Origin: a phage
Sequence record: PZ386955.1
Strand: one strand, 5' to 3'
Length of the DNA stretch: 64,000 nt
Of this stretch, positions 56,063-64,000 are shown one piece after another (position 1 is the stretch's first letter; each line of letters begins with the position of its first letter). Made by a program: the position numbers and the translations under genes. The notes under the pieces are model-generated. The model was given only the letters and a program-made list of their open reading frames with translations, was not told the origin of the DNA and ran no database searches.

Positions 56063-56406
56063 TATTCTTTTTTCACAATGGAAGCGACACGTAAAGAATA
56101 GGCGTAAAGGTGGCGTAAAACCATCTAAAACCGACTGTAACCGCTTAAACAAGGTAGGAATGATTAATCACCTTACCAGGATGAAAAAGCTGTTATAAAG
56201 CTATCTAGAGCGTTTAAAGCACATAGGAAATAATTTGCTTTTTATCTTGCCTTTTGTCCTACTTTTGATTATTATTATGGAACGGGCGGCACCTGGGAGC
56301 AGGGGAAGATAATCACCGGAAGATCCCGCTATATATTGATAGCTAATATCTATTAAACAACAAAACATCAAAGGAATAAACTATCAAATCTTTACAATCT
56401 TATCTA

Positions 56407-56435
56407 TTGACCAATAAATCACAATAGTTTAATAT
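56407..56435 (+). promoter_or_regulatory. sigma70-type promoter
   Basis: TTGACC-N17-TAATAT. Confidence 0.45.
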
Positions 56436-56483
56436 TGTTTTTAGAGGGTAGAATATTCCCCGAACGAAAACAGGAAAAAGAAA

Positions 56484-56720
56484 ATGAAAGAAGTCATGAT
56501 CCTCAAAAAATCACCTATTTTACGTGGCGGTTTTATCGCTTACTCTGATGATCTGTTAATTGCAACAGTTGCAAAAATACTAAAATCAGAAGATGACAGT
56601 AAAAACGGCGTTTATCGTATCTGTTTCACCCGTGGAAAATTACAAGGCAAGATCGCTTATGCCTTTGATTTACAAGATGTAAACGATAAAATATGCGCTG
56701 TTATTGATTATGCAAAATAA
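56484..56720 (+). CDS. hypothetical protein
   Basis: AGGAAAAAG SD. Confidence 0.45.
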   Translation: MKEVMILKKSPILRGGFIAYSDDLLIATVAKILKSEDDSKNGVYRICFTRGKLQGKIAYAFDLQDVNDKICAVIDYAK

Positions 56721-56732
56721 TTAATTTTCTTA

Positions 56733-56761
56733 TTGACACCGGATCACGCTTACATTATTAT
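56733..56761 (+). promoter_or_regulatory. sigma70-type promoter (cassette with degenerate hairpin)
   Basis: TTGACA-N17-TATTAT. Confidence 0.5.
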
Positions 56762-56807
56762 TTATCACGTAGGGCAAATCATTTTAAACGGTAAACGAGG
56801 AATCACC

Positions 56808-57191
56808 ATGAGCAATATCATCAACCTGGCGGCTACTGTAAACGGTAAAGATTTTAACGGCGCTGTAGATCGTGATCCTATGTGGTGCTTATCAGTGTTT
56901 AAAGGCGATCTGGTTGAAGTTAGAACAACCGAAGGTTATAGCGACGATTATAAATGCGAGATTCATTTACACAACTGGTACACGGGTAAAACTTATGCGC
57001 TGAATCATGCGTTTATCGGGAAAATTGAATATCGCGAGATGATCGACGAGGAAACCGGGCAAGATTTTAGCGAAAACGTTTATATTCGTTCCGAGACATT
57101 AGCCGAACGTTTGATCGAGAAGATGAAAGCAAAAAATAAAATTAATTTAGCTCATTGGATTGATATAACAAACGATCCAGCTTATCAATAA
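56808..57191 (+). CDS. hypothetical protein
   Basis: Start at ATG 56808 (ACGAGGAA SD). Confidence 0.5.
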   Translation: MSNIINLAATVNGKDFNGAVDRDPMWCLSVFKGDLVEVRTTEGYSDDYKCEIHLHNWYTGKTYALNHAFIGKIEYREMIDEETGQDFSENVYIRSETLAERLIEKMKAKNKINLAHWIDITNDPAYQ

Positions 57192-57206
57192 ATAACATTT
57201 CACACC

Positions 57207-57232
57207 AGGGCGCACAAAGCGCCCTTTCTTTT
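57207..57232 (+). terminator. rho-independent terminator
   Basis: Hairpin AGGGCGC(ACAA)AGCGCCCT + TTCTTTT. Confidence 0.7.
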
Positions 57233-57440
57233 ACCTCAATAAAGATGATAGCTTTTACCTATCAAAAACGTTCACCGAAAAAAGTGAATAGATCGCGGTA
57301 TCGAGCTAATCAAGGAGCAGATGAACAACCATACCATGAAGATCATAAGGCGCTTACAACGCGTTTTAGACCGCTTGTTTTTAATTTCTCCATGTAACTA
57401 TCTGGCAAAAACAGCCTTTTTCTTGTCTTTCCTCTTAAAT

Positions 57441-57456
57441 AATAATCATTCTCATT
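57441..57456. promoter_or_regulatory. Fur-box-like half-palindrome
   Basis: AATAATCATTCTCATT. Confidence 0.35.
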
Positions 57457-57492
57457 TGTAGCTGATTATTTATGCAATAAACTGAATAATGC

Positions 57493-57510
57493 AATAATGA
57501 TAATCATTCT
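57493..57510. promoter_or_regulatory. Fur-box-like palindrome
   Basis: AATAATGATAATCATTCT (16/19 to GATAATGATAATCATTATC). Confidence 0.45.
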
Positions 57511-58362
57511 TAACTTAAGACCATCTAACCTATAAAATAATAAGCTATCTAACTAAATTAAAGCTAATTATCTCACCTTTATTTATAACTTACTGTTACT
57601 ATCTCATTGATAACCTTATATTAAACAACAATAACTAATATAAATCATTACCAAGCTAAAGATAAGCTATCTAACCTTTAAAACTATAACTATAATCTAT
57701 CGAATTGTTGCACAAAGTAACTATTAAATTGTTAGTAACATTACTAAATAATTAATATCCTATCTATTTATGATCTAATCTTTACCTTCCTATCTATTAC
57801 CTAAATAATCATTTCATACAATAACTATAACAAGAAATATAATTCGCAAGCGTATCATTAGCAGCCTATGCCGGACACATAGGCGGCTAATAATAACGCA
57901 ACTACACACCCCACATAATAACCATCACCGATAGTTATTATTTGTGCTTATGTAGCTTGCAACAATTGCAAGCGCAACAATATACATGGTATATTGTATC
58001 CCTTACATTGTTGCGGTGCGTTATTATTAGCTAATGTTTAGAACATTGGCTATAATATAAGCTATCCAATAATAATAAGCTATACAATAATAAACATAGT
58101 GAATAATGACCCCCGATGATCATAATGCGCCACCTTCCAGGGGGCGCTATGTGAACACAAAGAAACCTTTCTTGTCAAGAAAAATATTGCCACTATTGCG
58201 CAAAATTATTTATATCTGAATAGATGATTTTTCATACTATTGCCCCCAATACTATCCCTATTTGTTGCCCTAACTATTGTCATTTGTTGAGCCTACTTTC
58301 TTAAAAGCGCAATAAATCAGAATTATCTTGATTTTTAGGGCGTTTTATAGTATAGAAAATAT

Positions 58363-58381
58363 GCAAATGATAATCATTATC
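58363..58381. promoter_or_regulatory. Fur-box-like palindrome
   Basis: GCAAATGATAATCATTATC: 16 contiguous identities to Fur consensus; just downstream of TTGATT...TATAGA promoter-like site. Confidence 0.5.
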
Positions 58382-58548
58382 AGCTATCTTCCACGGGTGG
58401 CACTATTTCACGCAGGATCATTTCATTTGGCAAGGTGTATATAGATGTTTAGACTTGCCAAGCCATTGATTTACTTAGAATTTATCTGTTTTGTTGTGAG
58501 TAGTACCTTTCTTGCTCAGAAAATAATCAAAAGTCTTATAAGTCATTG

Positions 58549-58579
58549 AATGATAATGCAAATGATAATTATTCTCATT
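58549..58579. promoter_or_regulatory. tandem Fur-box-like palindromes
   Basis: GAATGATAATGCAAATGATAATTATTCTCATT. Confidence 0.45.
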
Positions 58580-58950
58580 GATATTTGAGGGGGACGGTCG
58601 GCAGAAATCGGGGGGCGCTGAAAATCGCGTTAAGCACCTCTCGCAAGCGAGCAGTATTTTGCGGCAAGTTATTGATATTATTGACTTTACGCTTATGAAA
58701 AGGGGGTGTGTCGAAATAAATCGGGTATACCGGAAAAATTTTGTGGCATAGATATTTATTTGTCTATATTATGTACAAAGGGGTGTGTTAAAAATAATAG
58801 GTATATATAGAATAATTGATAGGGAATACCTATACTAATTCCTATACTAAATCCTTCATTAATGATGTTTCTATGGTGCTGTTCTTGTAATAGATGAAAA
58901 GACGCTGTATGATGTGTGGCATGAAACGTAAATTTATAAAGGAGTCTGAT

Positions 58951-59310
58951 ATGTGTGTTCCTATTAGCAGTCCACTGCTGTTAGAATTTTACAAAGCATG
59001 GATGGAAGATCATTCCTCAATGCATCGTGAGAATGTTGGTTTGTGTATTTGCCTTATGGATTATCTGGCAACCACTATGTCAAAGAAAAAACCTACGCAA
59101 GAAGATATAGAACATTTCAAGATGGTTCGCAGTAAAACGCTAGAAGAGATGAAATTGCAATTCACGTGTGCTGGGCTATCATCATTCCTGCCCTTTAATG
59201 ATGACCTTCTGTGTTATGAAGATGAAGGTAAGAAACATTCTTGCCATACTAACCCAGGGAGATTGCAGTGGGTGAAAGATCGTATTGCCGATTCATGTAA
59301 GGGTGTGTAG
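58951..59310 (+). CDS. Cys/His-rich small protein, paralogue family member 1
   Basis: Start at ATG 58951 (AAGGAG SD); blocks LL.FYKAW, GLC.CL.DY, QFTCAGL, PFN.D, CHTN, RLQWVKDRI shared with three other ORFs. Confidence 0.5.
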   Translation: MCVPISSPLLLEFYKAWMEDHSSMHRENVGLCICLMDYLATTMSKKKPTQEDIEHFKMVRSKTLEEMKLQFTCAGLSSFLPFNDDLLCYEDEGKKHSCHTNPGRLQWVKDRIADSCKGV

Positions 59311-59311
59311 A

Positions 59312-59467
59312 ATGTGGGAATTGGTTGGAATAGTTTGGTTAATGATAAAAGCAGGTTTTGTCGGTTTCGGACTTCTTATAATTTTGTGTATGTTCCTTAG
59401 TGCAATACAGGCATTCTTTTATCTGCTAGGTAGAATACTTAAGTTAGGAGGTGATCATGAAAAGTAA
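59312..59467 (+). CDS. small membrane protein
   Basis: 51 aa hydrophobic. Confidence 0.35.
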   Translation: MWELVGIVWLMIKAGFVGFGLLIILCMFLSAIQAFFYLLGRILKLGGDHEK

Positions 59468-59825
59468 TATTCCGTTGAGTAGTGCAGCTTTAATACGATT
59501 CTATAAAGCATGGATTGCCAACCATCCGGCAATGAATCGCACAACGAGTGGCTTGTGTGGTTGTCTGGTAGATTATGTAGATGATTTTGTTGGTGAGGTA
59601 ACTAGAGAAGAAGATAAAAGATGGCGTGATCGTTTGTTGGATAGTTTGAAATACGAAATGAGGAAACAATTTACATGTGCAGGACTGGACTACAATCTTC
59701 CGTTCAATGCAGATTGCATGGATTACCTTTCAGAGTGTATAGACTTGGCGTGTCATACCAACACGTTACGTCTTCAATGGGTGAAAGACAGAATCGAAGA
59801 TGCAAATAATGCTTGCATTGAATAG
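59457..59825 (+). CDS. Cys/His-rich small protein, paralogue family member 2
   Basis: AGGAGG SD 5 nt before ATG 59457; LIRFYKAW...GLCGCLVDY...QFTCAGL...CHTNTLRLQWVKDRIED. Confidence 0.5.
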   Translation: MKSNIPLSSAALIRFYKAWIANHPAMNRTTSGLCGCLVDYVDDFVGEVTREEDKRWRDRLLDSLKYEMRKQFTCAGLDYNLPFNADCMDYLSECIDLACHTNTLRLQWVKDRIEDANNACIE

Positions 59826-59895
59826 AAATGTCTGTACACTGTGTTCCATAAGATATGCAATATCGCGCATAACAAACTACTAATGAGAGGTGTAA

Positions 59896-60354
59896 ATGAA
59901 AACTGTATCTTTGTATCTTGCTAACACGGAGCGTGTACATAATCTTGTAAAAGAATGCGGTGTGAGTGTTCAATTTAACATAGGAAAGCCTTCCGTGGTG
60001 ACAGGCAGTGAGATGTGTGTTATTGATTTCCTCAATGAATATTTTCGTGGAAAACCTATTGCTCGTCACTTCATTCAAGAAATGCGAGATGTACTACAGG
60101 CTTATGAATTCTACCCAGAAATTTGTGAACGCTATGAAACTATTCTTAGTTCTGTAGAAGATCCAGATACTAGTGAAACAGGTGTTTCCCACTTACTGTG
60201 GATGTTGAATGAAATTCAGGATGGGTGTAATGGTATGTCTGAAACCAAACGCCATCGTTGGCTAGGCTATATTCAGGGTGTTATGGTTATGAAAAACCTT
60301 ATTACCGTTGATGATGAACGTAATGCTACACGCCCCGTCTTTAATGGAGCATAA
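59896..60354 (+). CDS. hypothetical protein
   Basis: GAGAGGTG SD. Confidence 0.5.
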   Translation: MKTVSLYLANTERVHNLVKECGVSVQFNIGKPSVVTGSEMCVIDFLNEYFRGKPIARHFIQEMRDVLQAYEFYPEICERYETILSSVEDPDTSETGVSHLLWMLNEIQDGCNGMSETKRHRWLGYIQGVMVMKNLITVDDERNATRPVFNGA

Positions 60355-60355
60355 C

Positions 60356-60571
60356 ATGAAAAGCATTCAGGTGTGTATTGAAAATAATTGTGGTTATCTG
60401 GGGTTGACACATGTTGCTTTCCCTCTTATGTTAGATGCTGATATCGCTTACAGCGGAGTTGCTTATGTGTCATTCAAGACAATGAGCCAAGTACCTGGCT
60501 GGAAGTGGGAAGTAGTTGATGTTGTTGAAGGAGAAGATTATGTTTTCCTTCCACACGAATATACTGTTTAA
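60356..60571 (+). CDS. hypothetical protein
   Basis: Start at ATG 60356 (GGAG SD). Confidence 0.45.
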   Translation: MKSIQVCIENNCGYLGLTHVAFPLMLDADIAYSGVAYVSFKTMSQVPGWKWEVVDVVEGEDYVFLPHEYTV

Positions 60572-60586
60572 AGAGAGGAAAAGAAG

Positions 60587-60763
60587 ATGGATAAACAAAC
60601 TACTGTGTACTTAGTAACAAAGAATACCCCAGGCTGGAGCCAATGCAGCACTGTACCTTACAAGATCTGTGCAACATTAGAACTAGCACAACGCGCAGAA
60701 GCAGAAGTGGATGCCATGCAATACAGCTATGGTGAAATCATTCCTTTTACTCTTGAACAATAA
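60587..60763 (+). CDS. hypothetical small protein
   Basis: 58 aa; AGAGAGGAAAAG SD; below ORF-track cut-off. Confidence 0.4.
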   Translation: MDKQTTVYLVTKNTPGWSQCSTVPYKICATLELAQRAEAEVDAMQYSYGEIIPFTLEQ

Positions 60764-60774
60764 GGATTTGTGTA

Positions 60775-61227
60775 ATGTTTGAAATTGGTAAAGTGTATCG
60801 TTTTAAAAACCCATCTTATATCCGTAAGTTTGCTAACATGTCTGAGTGCAATAGCAGGATTGCTTCTTTTTTAGGTGATTCCTATTTTCGTGTATTAGAT
60901 GTGGATGATTGGTATGGTGTCACTGCTTTGCAATCCTTAGCAGGAGAACAAGAAATTATCGCTCAAAATGAAGGAGACTTTCTTCAGTGTTACACGTTGC
61001 TTGCAAAAAGTGAGTTTGAGTATTTTGTAGAAGTCTTAGAGGAAGCACCAAAAAGTAAACACGAAGAGAAATACCTGCTTGTAGTGGATGGAGTTCCGAT
61101 CATGGAAACCATCTCCCGTGAGGAAGTTGAAAAAGAGGCGAAACGTTACAAGCTGGATCGTACACAGAGTGTAGTTGAAGTCTATTCTCTTGTTGGTGTT
61201 GCAGATATTAGTGTGAACATCGTATAA
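60775..61227 (+). CDS. hypothetical protein
   Basis: AAGGA SD. Confidence 0.5.
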   Translation: MFEIGKVYRFKNPSYIRKFANMSECNSRIASFLGDSYFRVLDVDDWYGVTALQSLAGEQEIIAQNEGDFLQCYTLLAKSEFEYFVEVLEEAPKSKHEEKYLLVVDGVPIMETISREEVEKEAKRYKLDRTQSVVEVYSLVGVADISVNIV

Positions 61228-61230
61228 TAT

Positions 61231-61443
61231 ATGTGTAATGACAGATACATTCTTCGTGTATCTGATAAGTCTCCTATGTTTGACTGGCGGGGCTGGTGGC
61301 TACTAGCTCCGATGCAAGGTCTGACAGACGTGGAAAAGGAGGCTTATGTGTATACAAAAGAAGAGATAGAAGATAGCCTTTATTTGACAGATAACATTAA
61401 GAATGGTATCTTTGAGTGTAAATTGAAAGGAGAGGAAGAATGA
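61231..61443 (+). CDS. hypothetical protein
   Basis: 70-aa ORF, weak SD. Confidence 0.4.
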   Translation: MCNDRYILRVSDKSPMFDWRGWWLLAPMQGLTDVEKEAYVYTKEEIEDSLYLTDNIKNGIFECKLKGEEE

Positions 61444-61739
61444 CTATTACAGAAAAACTGCGCTGTATTGCAAAGCAAAGTGGAGAAGGTTTATGGTTTC
61501 CTATTGAGGAAATTATTCAGGACTGTTATGATCAGGCTAAGACTGGCAAATACTCCAAAGCATTTAAACCATCTGTTTTCGGTTTGGATGACTATCCAAA
61601 AAATGAACAAGCAAAGAAACGACAAGTTGATTTGATTGATCTTGCTATGGAAGCACTACGAGAGCATGGGCTTAGTAAGGTGTATGCTTTAAACACCAAA
61701 GAGGGCTTTGTAGATTCAGTGATCGTAGACTGGTATTAA
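61440..61739 (+). CDS. hypothetical protein
   Basis: AAAGGAGAGGAAGA SD; start overlaps upstream stop. Confidence 0.5.
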   Translation: MTITEKLRCIAKQSGEGLWFPIEEIIQDCYDQAKTGKYSKAFKPSVFGLDDYPKNEQAKKRQVDLIDLAMEALREHGLSKVYALNTKEGFVDSVIVDWY

Positions 61740-61748
61740 GGAGAAGTC

Positions 61749-62117
61749 ATGCAAGAGAATAATAAAGTGTGTAACATGAAAAGCAGCCCCTATTTGCTAC
61801 AATTTTATGAATGGTGGTTAGAACAAGAAGATACAAACTTTAGCAAAAAGCACTATGGTCTTTGCACGTGTCTTGTAGACTTCTTATACAATATTGCTTG
61901 GATAAAAGATGTTGAGAATCTAGCAAACCTTCAGTCCTCTGTACGAGAGGAAATGAAGGAACAATTTAAGAAAGCGGGTTTGAACCATTTACATCCGTTT
62001 AATACGGATTTCTCGCACTACTTTACGGAAACAGAGCTAGGCATTGCACACCTTAACAAAGAACGTGTACAATGGGTGATTGATCGTATTCGTGATATGG
62101 AGGAATATAATGGTTAA
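61749..62117 (+). CDS. Cys/His-rich small protein, paralogue family member 3
   Basis: LLQFYEWW...GLCTCLVDF...QFKKAGL...HPFNTD...RVQWVIDRIRD. Confidence 0.5.
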   Translation: MQENNKVCNMKSSPYLLQFYEWWLEQEDTNFSKKHYGLCTCLVDFLYNIAWIKDVENLANLQSSVREEMKEQFKKAGLNHLHPFNTDFSHYFTETELGIAHLNKERVQWVIDRIRDMEEYNG

Positions 62118-62319
62118 GTTTAAAACTTTCTGTGCAATCTCTGTTTGTCTTATTCTTGCATACGTGTTATTCTCTGGTATCATTCGTTTAGGTGAGTATA
62201 TGGCAAGAGAAGCTCGTGAAAGTGAAGCTAAAAAAGAACAGTGCATCGTGTTAAAGCACCAAAGGGATGCTGAAAAATTTCTTGAACAGGATTGTGGGCG
62301 CTATGTGAATTATAATTAG
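62110..62319 (+). CDS. small membrane protein
   Basis: GGAGGA SD; N-terminal hydrophobic helix. Confidence 0.4.
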   Translation: MVKFKTFCAISVCLILAYVLFSGIIRLGEYMAREARESEAKKEQCIVLKHQRDAEKFLEQDCGRYVNYN

Positions 62320-62328
62320 GAGGGAAGT

Positions 62329-62577
62329 ATGTTAGATATTTTTACCTTTGATCGTGTTGGTACACCGATTACCGAAGAAGAACGTACCAAAATTGAACAA
62401 GAATTGGATGCTTTACGTGCGTCTCTTACAGACACAGTCTCACTACAACGTGAAGCTGCACATCTCACAGAGATCACTGGTATTCAGTGGAGCACGGAGT
62501 GGGTTGTAATTACAATTGAAGCGGATATTTGGGGACATGAAGAGACGCTACGTACCGGAGTAGTAACGGTTTGGTGA
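62329..62577 (+). CDS. hypothetical protein
   Basis: AGGAGGGAAG SD. Confidence 0.45.
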   Translation: MLDIFTFDRVGTPITEEERTKIEQELDALRASLTDTVSLQREAAHLTEITGIQWSTEWVVITIEADIWGHEETLRTGVVTVW

Positions 62578-62623
62578 TAGATGTTATTCTTTTGTGTTTC
62601 TTGATATATAAATAGGAGGGTTT

Positions 62624-62848
62624 ATGGTAAAACGTCTGGAATGGGATGCGTGTACTGCTCACGCTTGTCACTGTGATATTGTTGAAGATCCTAATGGAGA
62701 GATGGTGTATTATGAGGATTACGAAGCATTGCACAATGCTGTGATTGCTTTACTGGATGATATTAGCTCACGCTATCCAGGACAACAATTCACGTGTCCA
62801 CATATCCAACTATTAGCCGAACTTACGGAGTATCCAAGTGTTCCATAA
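62624..62848 (+). CDS. hypothetical protein
   Basis: AGGAGGG SD. Confidence 0.45.
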   Translation: MVKRLEWDACTAHACHCDIVEDPNGEMVYYEDYEALHNAVIALLDDISSRYPGQQFTCPHIQLLAELTEYPSVP

Positions 62849-62849
62849 T

Positions 62850-63017
62850 ATGGGTGTCCCTGAACAACTGCTCTTTATTGTAGGATTAGTAGGCTTATTG
62901 GCGGCTGGCGCTAAAGCCGCTTCTCACACGCATCACATAATGTTAAGATTTCTATTCCTACTCCCTTCTATCCTCGTACTATTAGTCATACTGATCGATA
63001 ACATTTTTCACAATTAA
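62850..63017 (+). CDS. small membrane protein
   Basis: 55 aa, two hydrophobic segments; below ORF-track cut-off. Confidence 0.35.
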   Translation: MGVPEQLLFIVGLVGLLAAGAKAASHTHHIMLRFLFLLPSILVLLVILIDNIFHN

Positions 63018-63026
63018 GGAGAGGTT

Positions 63027-63611
63027 ATGAGTAAAATTATACCAAGCAGTTATGAATTATTACAGTTTTATGTATATTATATAGACTGGGTTAGTAGATT
63101 GAATGTTAAAGACAATGCGATGTTTAGTAAAAACATCTGTTTAACAGAAAGTATCTTCCGTTACTGGCACACAGGTAGAAAGTGTACACACAGTGAAGCT
63201 ATGCGCATTGTAGGAGAATATCTGGAGCAATTGCAAAAAGCAGAACTTCCTGTCCTTCACCCATTCAACGAATCTAAAGAAGAATTAGAACAAGAATGTA
63301 GGGAAGGTAAGTGCCATTTGAATGAAAAACGTATCGAATGGGTGAGGCAACGTTTAGCCGATGCAGGGAATCCTCCTAGTGACTCTGACTATACGTGGTA
63401 TGATGTAGAGGGTTTAGTTCAAGGTTTTGAGGCTTGTGCTATAGGTAATACCAACTTTGCCAAAGTTTTATGCGAGGTTTATGATCTGGCAGATAAAATC
63501 CGAAATCACGGATGGAAACAAGAGCATAAAGAATCATATGAACGCCTTGACAAGATTTTCAAACAGATCTATTCTAACCACAAAGAGATGTTCCAAATGG
63601 AGGATGTGTAA
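63027..63611 (+). CDS. Cys/His-rich protein, paralogue family member 4 (extended C-terminus)
   Basis: LLQFYVYY...ICLTE...LPVLHPFNES...CHLNEKRIEWVRQRLAD; AAGGAGAGG SD. Confidence 0.5.
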   Translation: MSKIIPSSYELLQFYVYYIDWVSRLNVKDNAMFSKNICLTESIFRYWHTGRKCTHSEAMRIVGEYLEQLQKAELPVLHPFNESKEELEQECREGKCHLNEKRIEWVRQRLADAGNPPSDSDYTWYDVEGLVQGFEACAIGNTNFAKVLCEVYDLADKIRNHGWKQEHKESYERLDKIFKQIYSNHKEMFQMEDV

Positions 63612-64000
63612 TGAAAGAGATTATGTTTGAAGGGCATCGTTACGAAGTTCCAGACAATGCAAATTTCATGGCTCGTGATATCACTGGAGATGTGTTCTGG
63701 TTTGAAGATGAACCTGTGTTTTCTTCGAACAAACACTGGTTTTCACAACAATCTTCCTCGGAAAATATGACTTTTGGCTACGTAGAGCCTAAAGTGCGCT
63801 GCAAAGCAGCTTCTTCTTTGGTAAAAATTTCCCAAGATGATCAAGAAAATACTCCAGATGTTGTTAGTGCACTACTGAAGTACATTGCAGAACTTGAGAA
63901 GAAAATTAAAGAAGCAGAAACTAAGGTGAAAGCACGATCAGCCATCATTGAAGCTATGTCTGAACGTATCTTAGAGCTAGAAGATTTGTGTGGAGAGGCT
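63610..64000 (+). CDS. hypothetical protein (3' end beyond window)
   Basis: ATG overlaps upstream stop; frame open to window end. Confidence 0.4.

Larger units (their letters stand above)
57233..58893. repeat. 1.6-kb AT-rich non-coding region dense in direct and inverted repeats
   Basis: No ORF of 60 aa or more; recurring TAAGCTATCTAAC, CCTATCTATT and GATAATCATTCTCATT motifs; hairpin 57861-57888; nested palindrome 57973-58017. Confidence 0.6.

Noticed and set aside
1-64000. Prophage / lysogeny module (integrase, CI-like repressor, att sites)
   Set aside because: No tyrosine or serine recombinase signature or repressor-like HTH gene recognised; gene content and organisation point to a virulent phage.

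Overview
This window looks like a 64-kb segment of a large virulent-type dsDNA bacteriophage genome, AT-rich by eye and densely coding; all family assignments are from motifs read in the ORF translations, with no database search, HMM, tRNA scan or GC computation run. No integrase or repressor module is visible. Layout: (i) 2-4765 (+) two tail-fibre genes, the first with collagen-like Gly-X-Y repeats; (ii) 4801-41461 (-) a long leftward block with a DNA methyltransferase, family A DNA polymerase, T7 gp4-like primase-helicase, SF1 helicase, anaerobic ribonucleotide reductase NrdD/NrdG, a glycosyltransferase cluster, a SleB-like wall hydrolase and, unexpectedly, a Ter-like set (TerD, vWA, TelA-like, TerC) next to macro, PRTase-like and HAD enzymes; (iii) 41580-45743 (+) a rightward block ending in an AAA+ ATPase fused to zinc ribbons and a T5orf172-like domain, translationally coupled to a NADAR-family enzyme; (iv) 45750-47135 a non-coding region with tandem repeats, palindromes and a GC-rich island; (v) 47224-57191 (+) about 30 small genes, most preceded by a reiterated sigma70 promoter plus GC-rich hairpin cassette; (vi) 57233-58893 a 1.6-kb AT-rich repeat-dense non-coding region with Fur-box-like palindromes; (vii) 58951-64000 (+) more small genes including a four-member paralogous family. 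The strongest candidates for undescribed biology are the NADAR/AAA+ module, the phage-borne Ter-like cluster with its metabolite-enzyme neighbours, and the promoter-hairpin cassette array.
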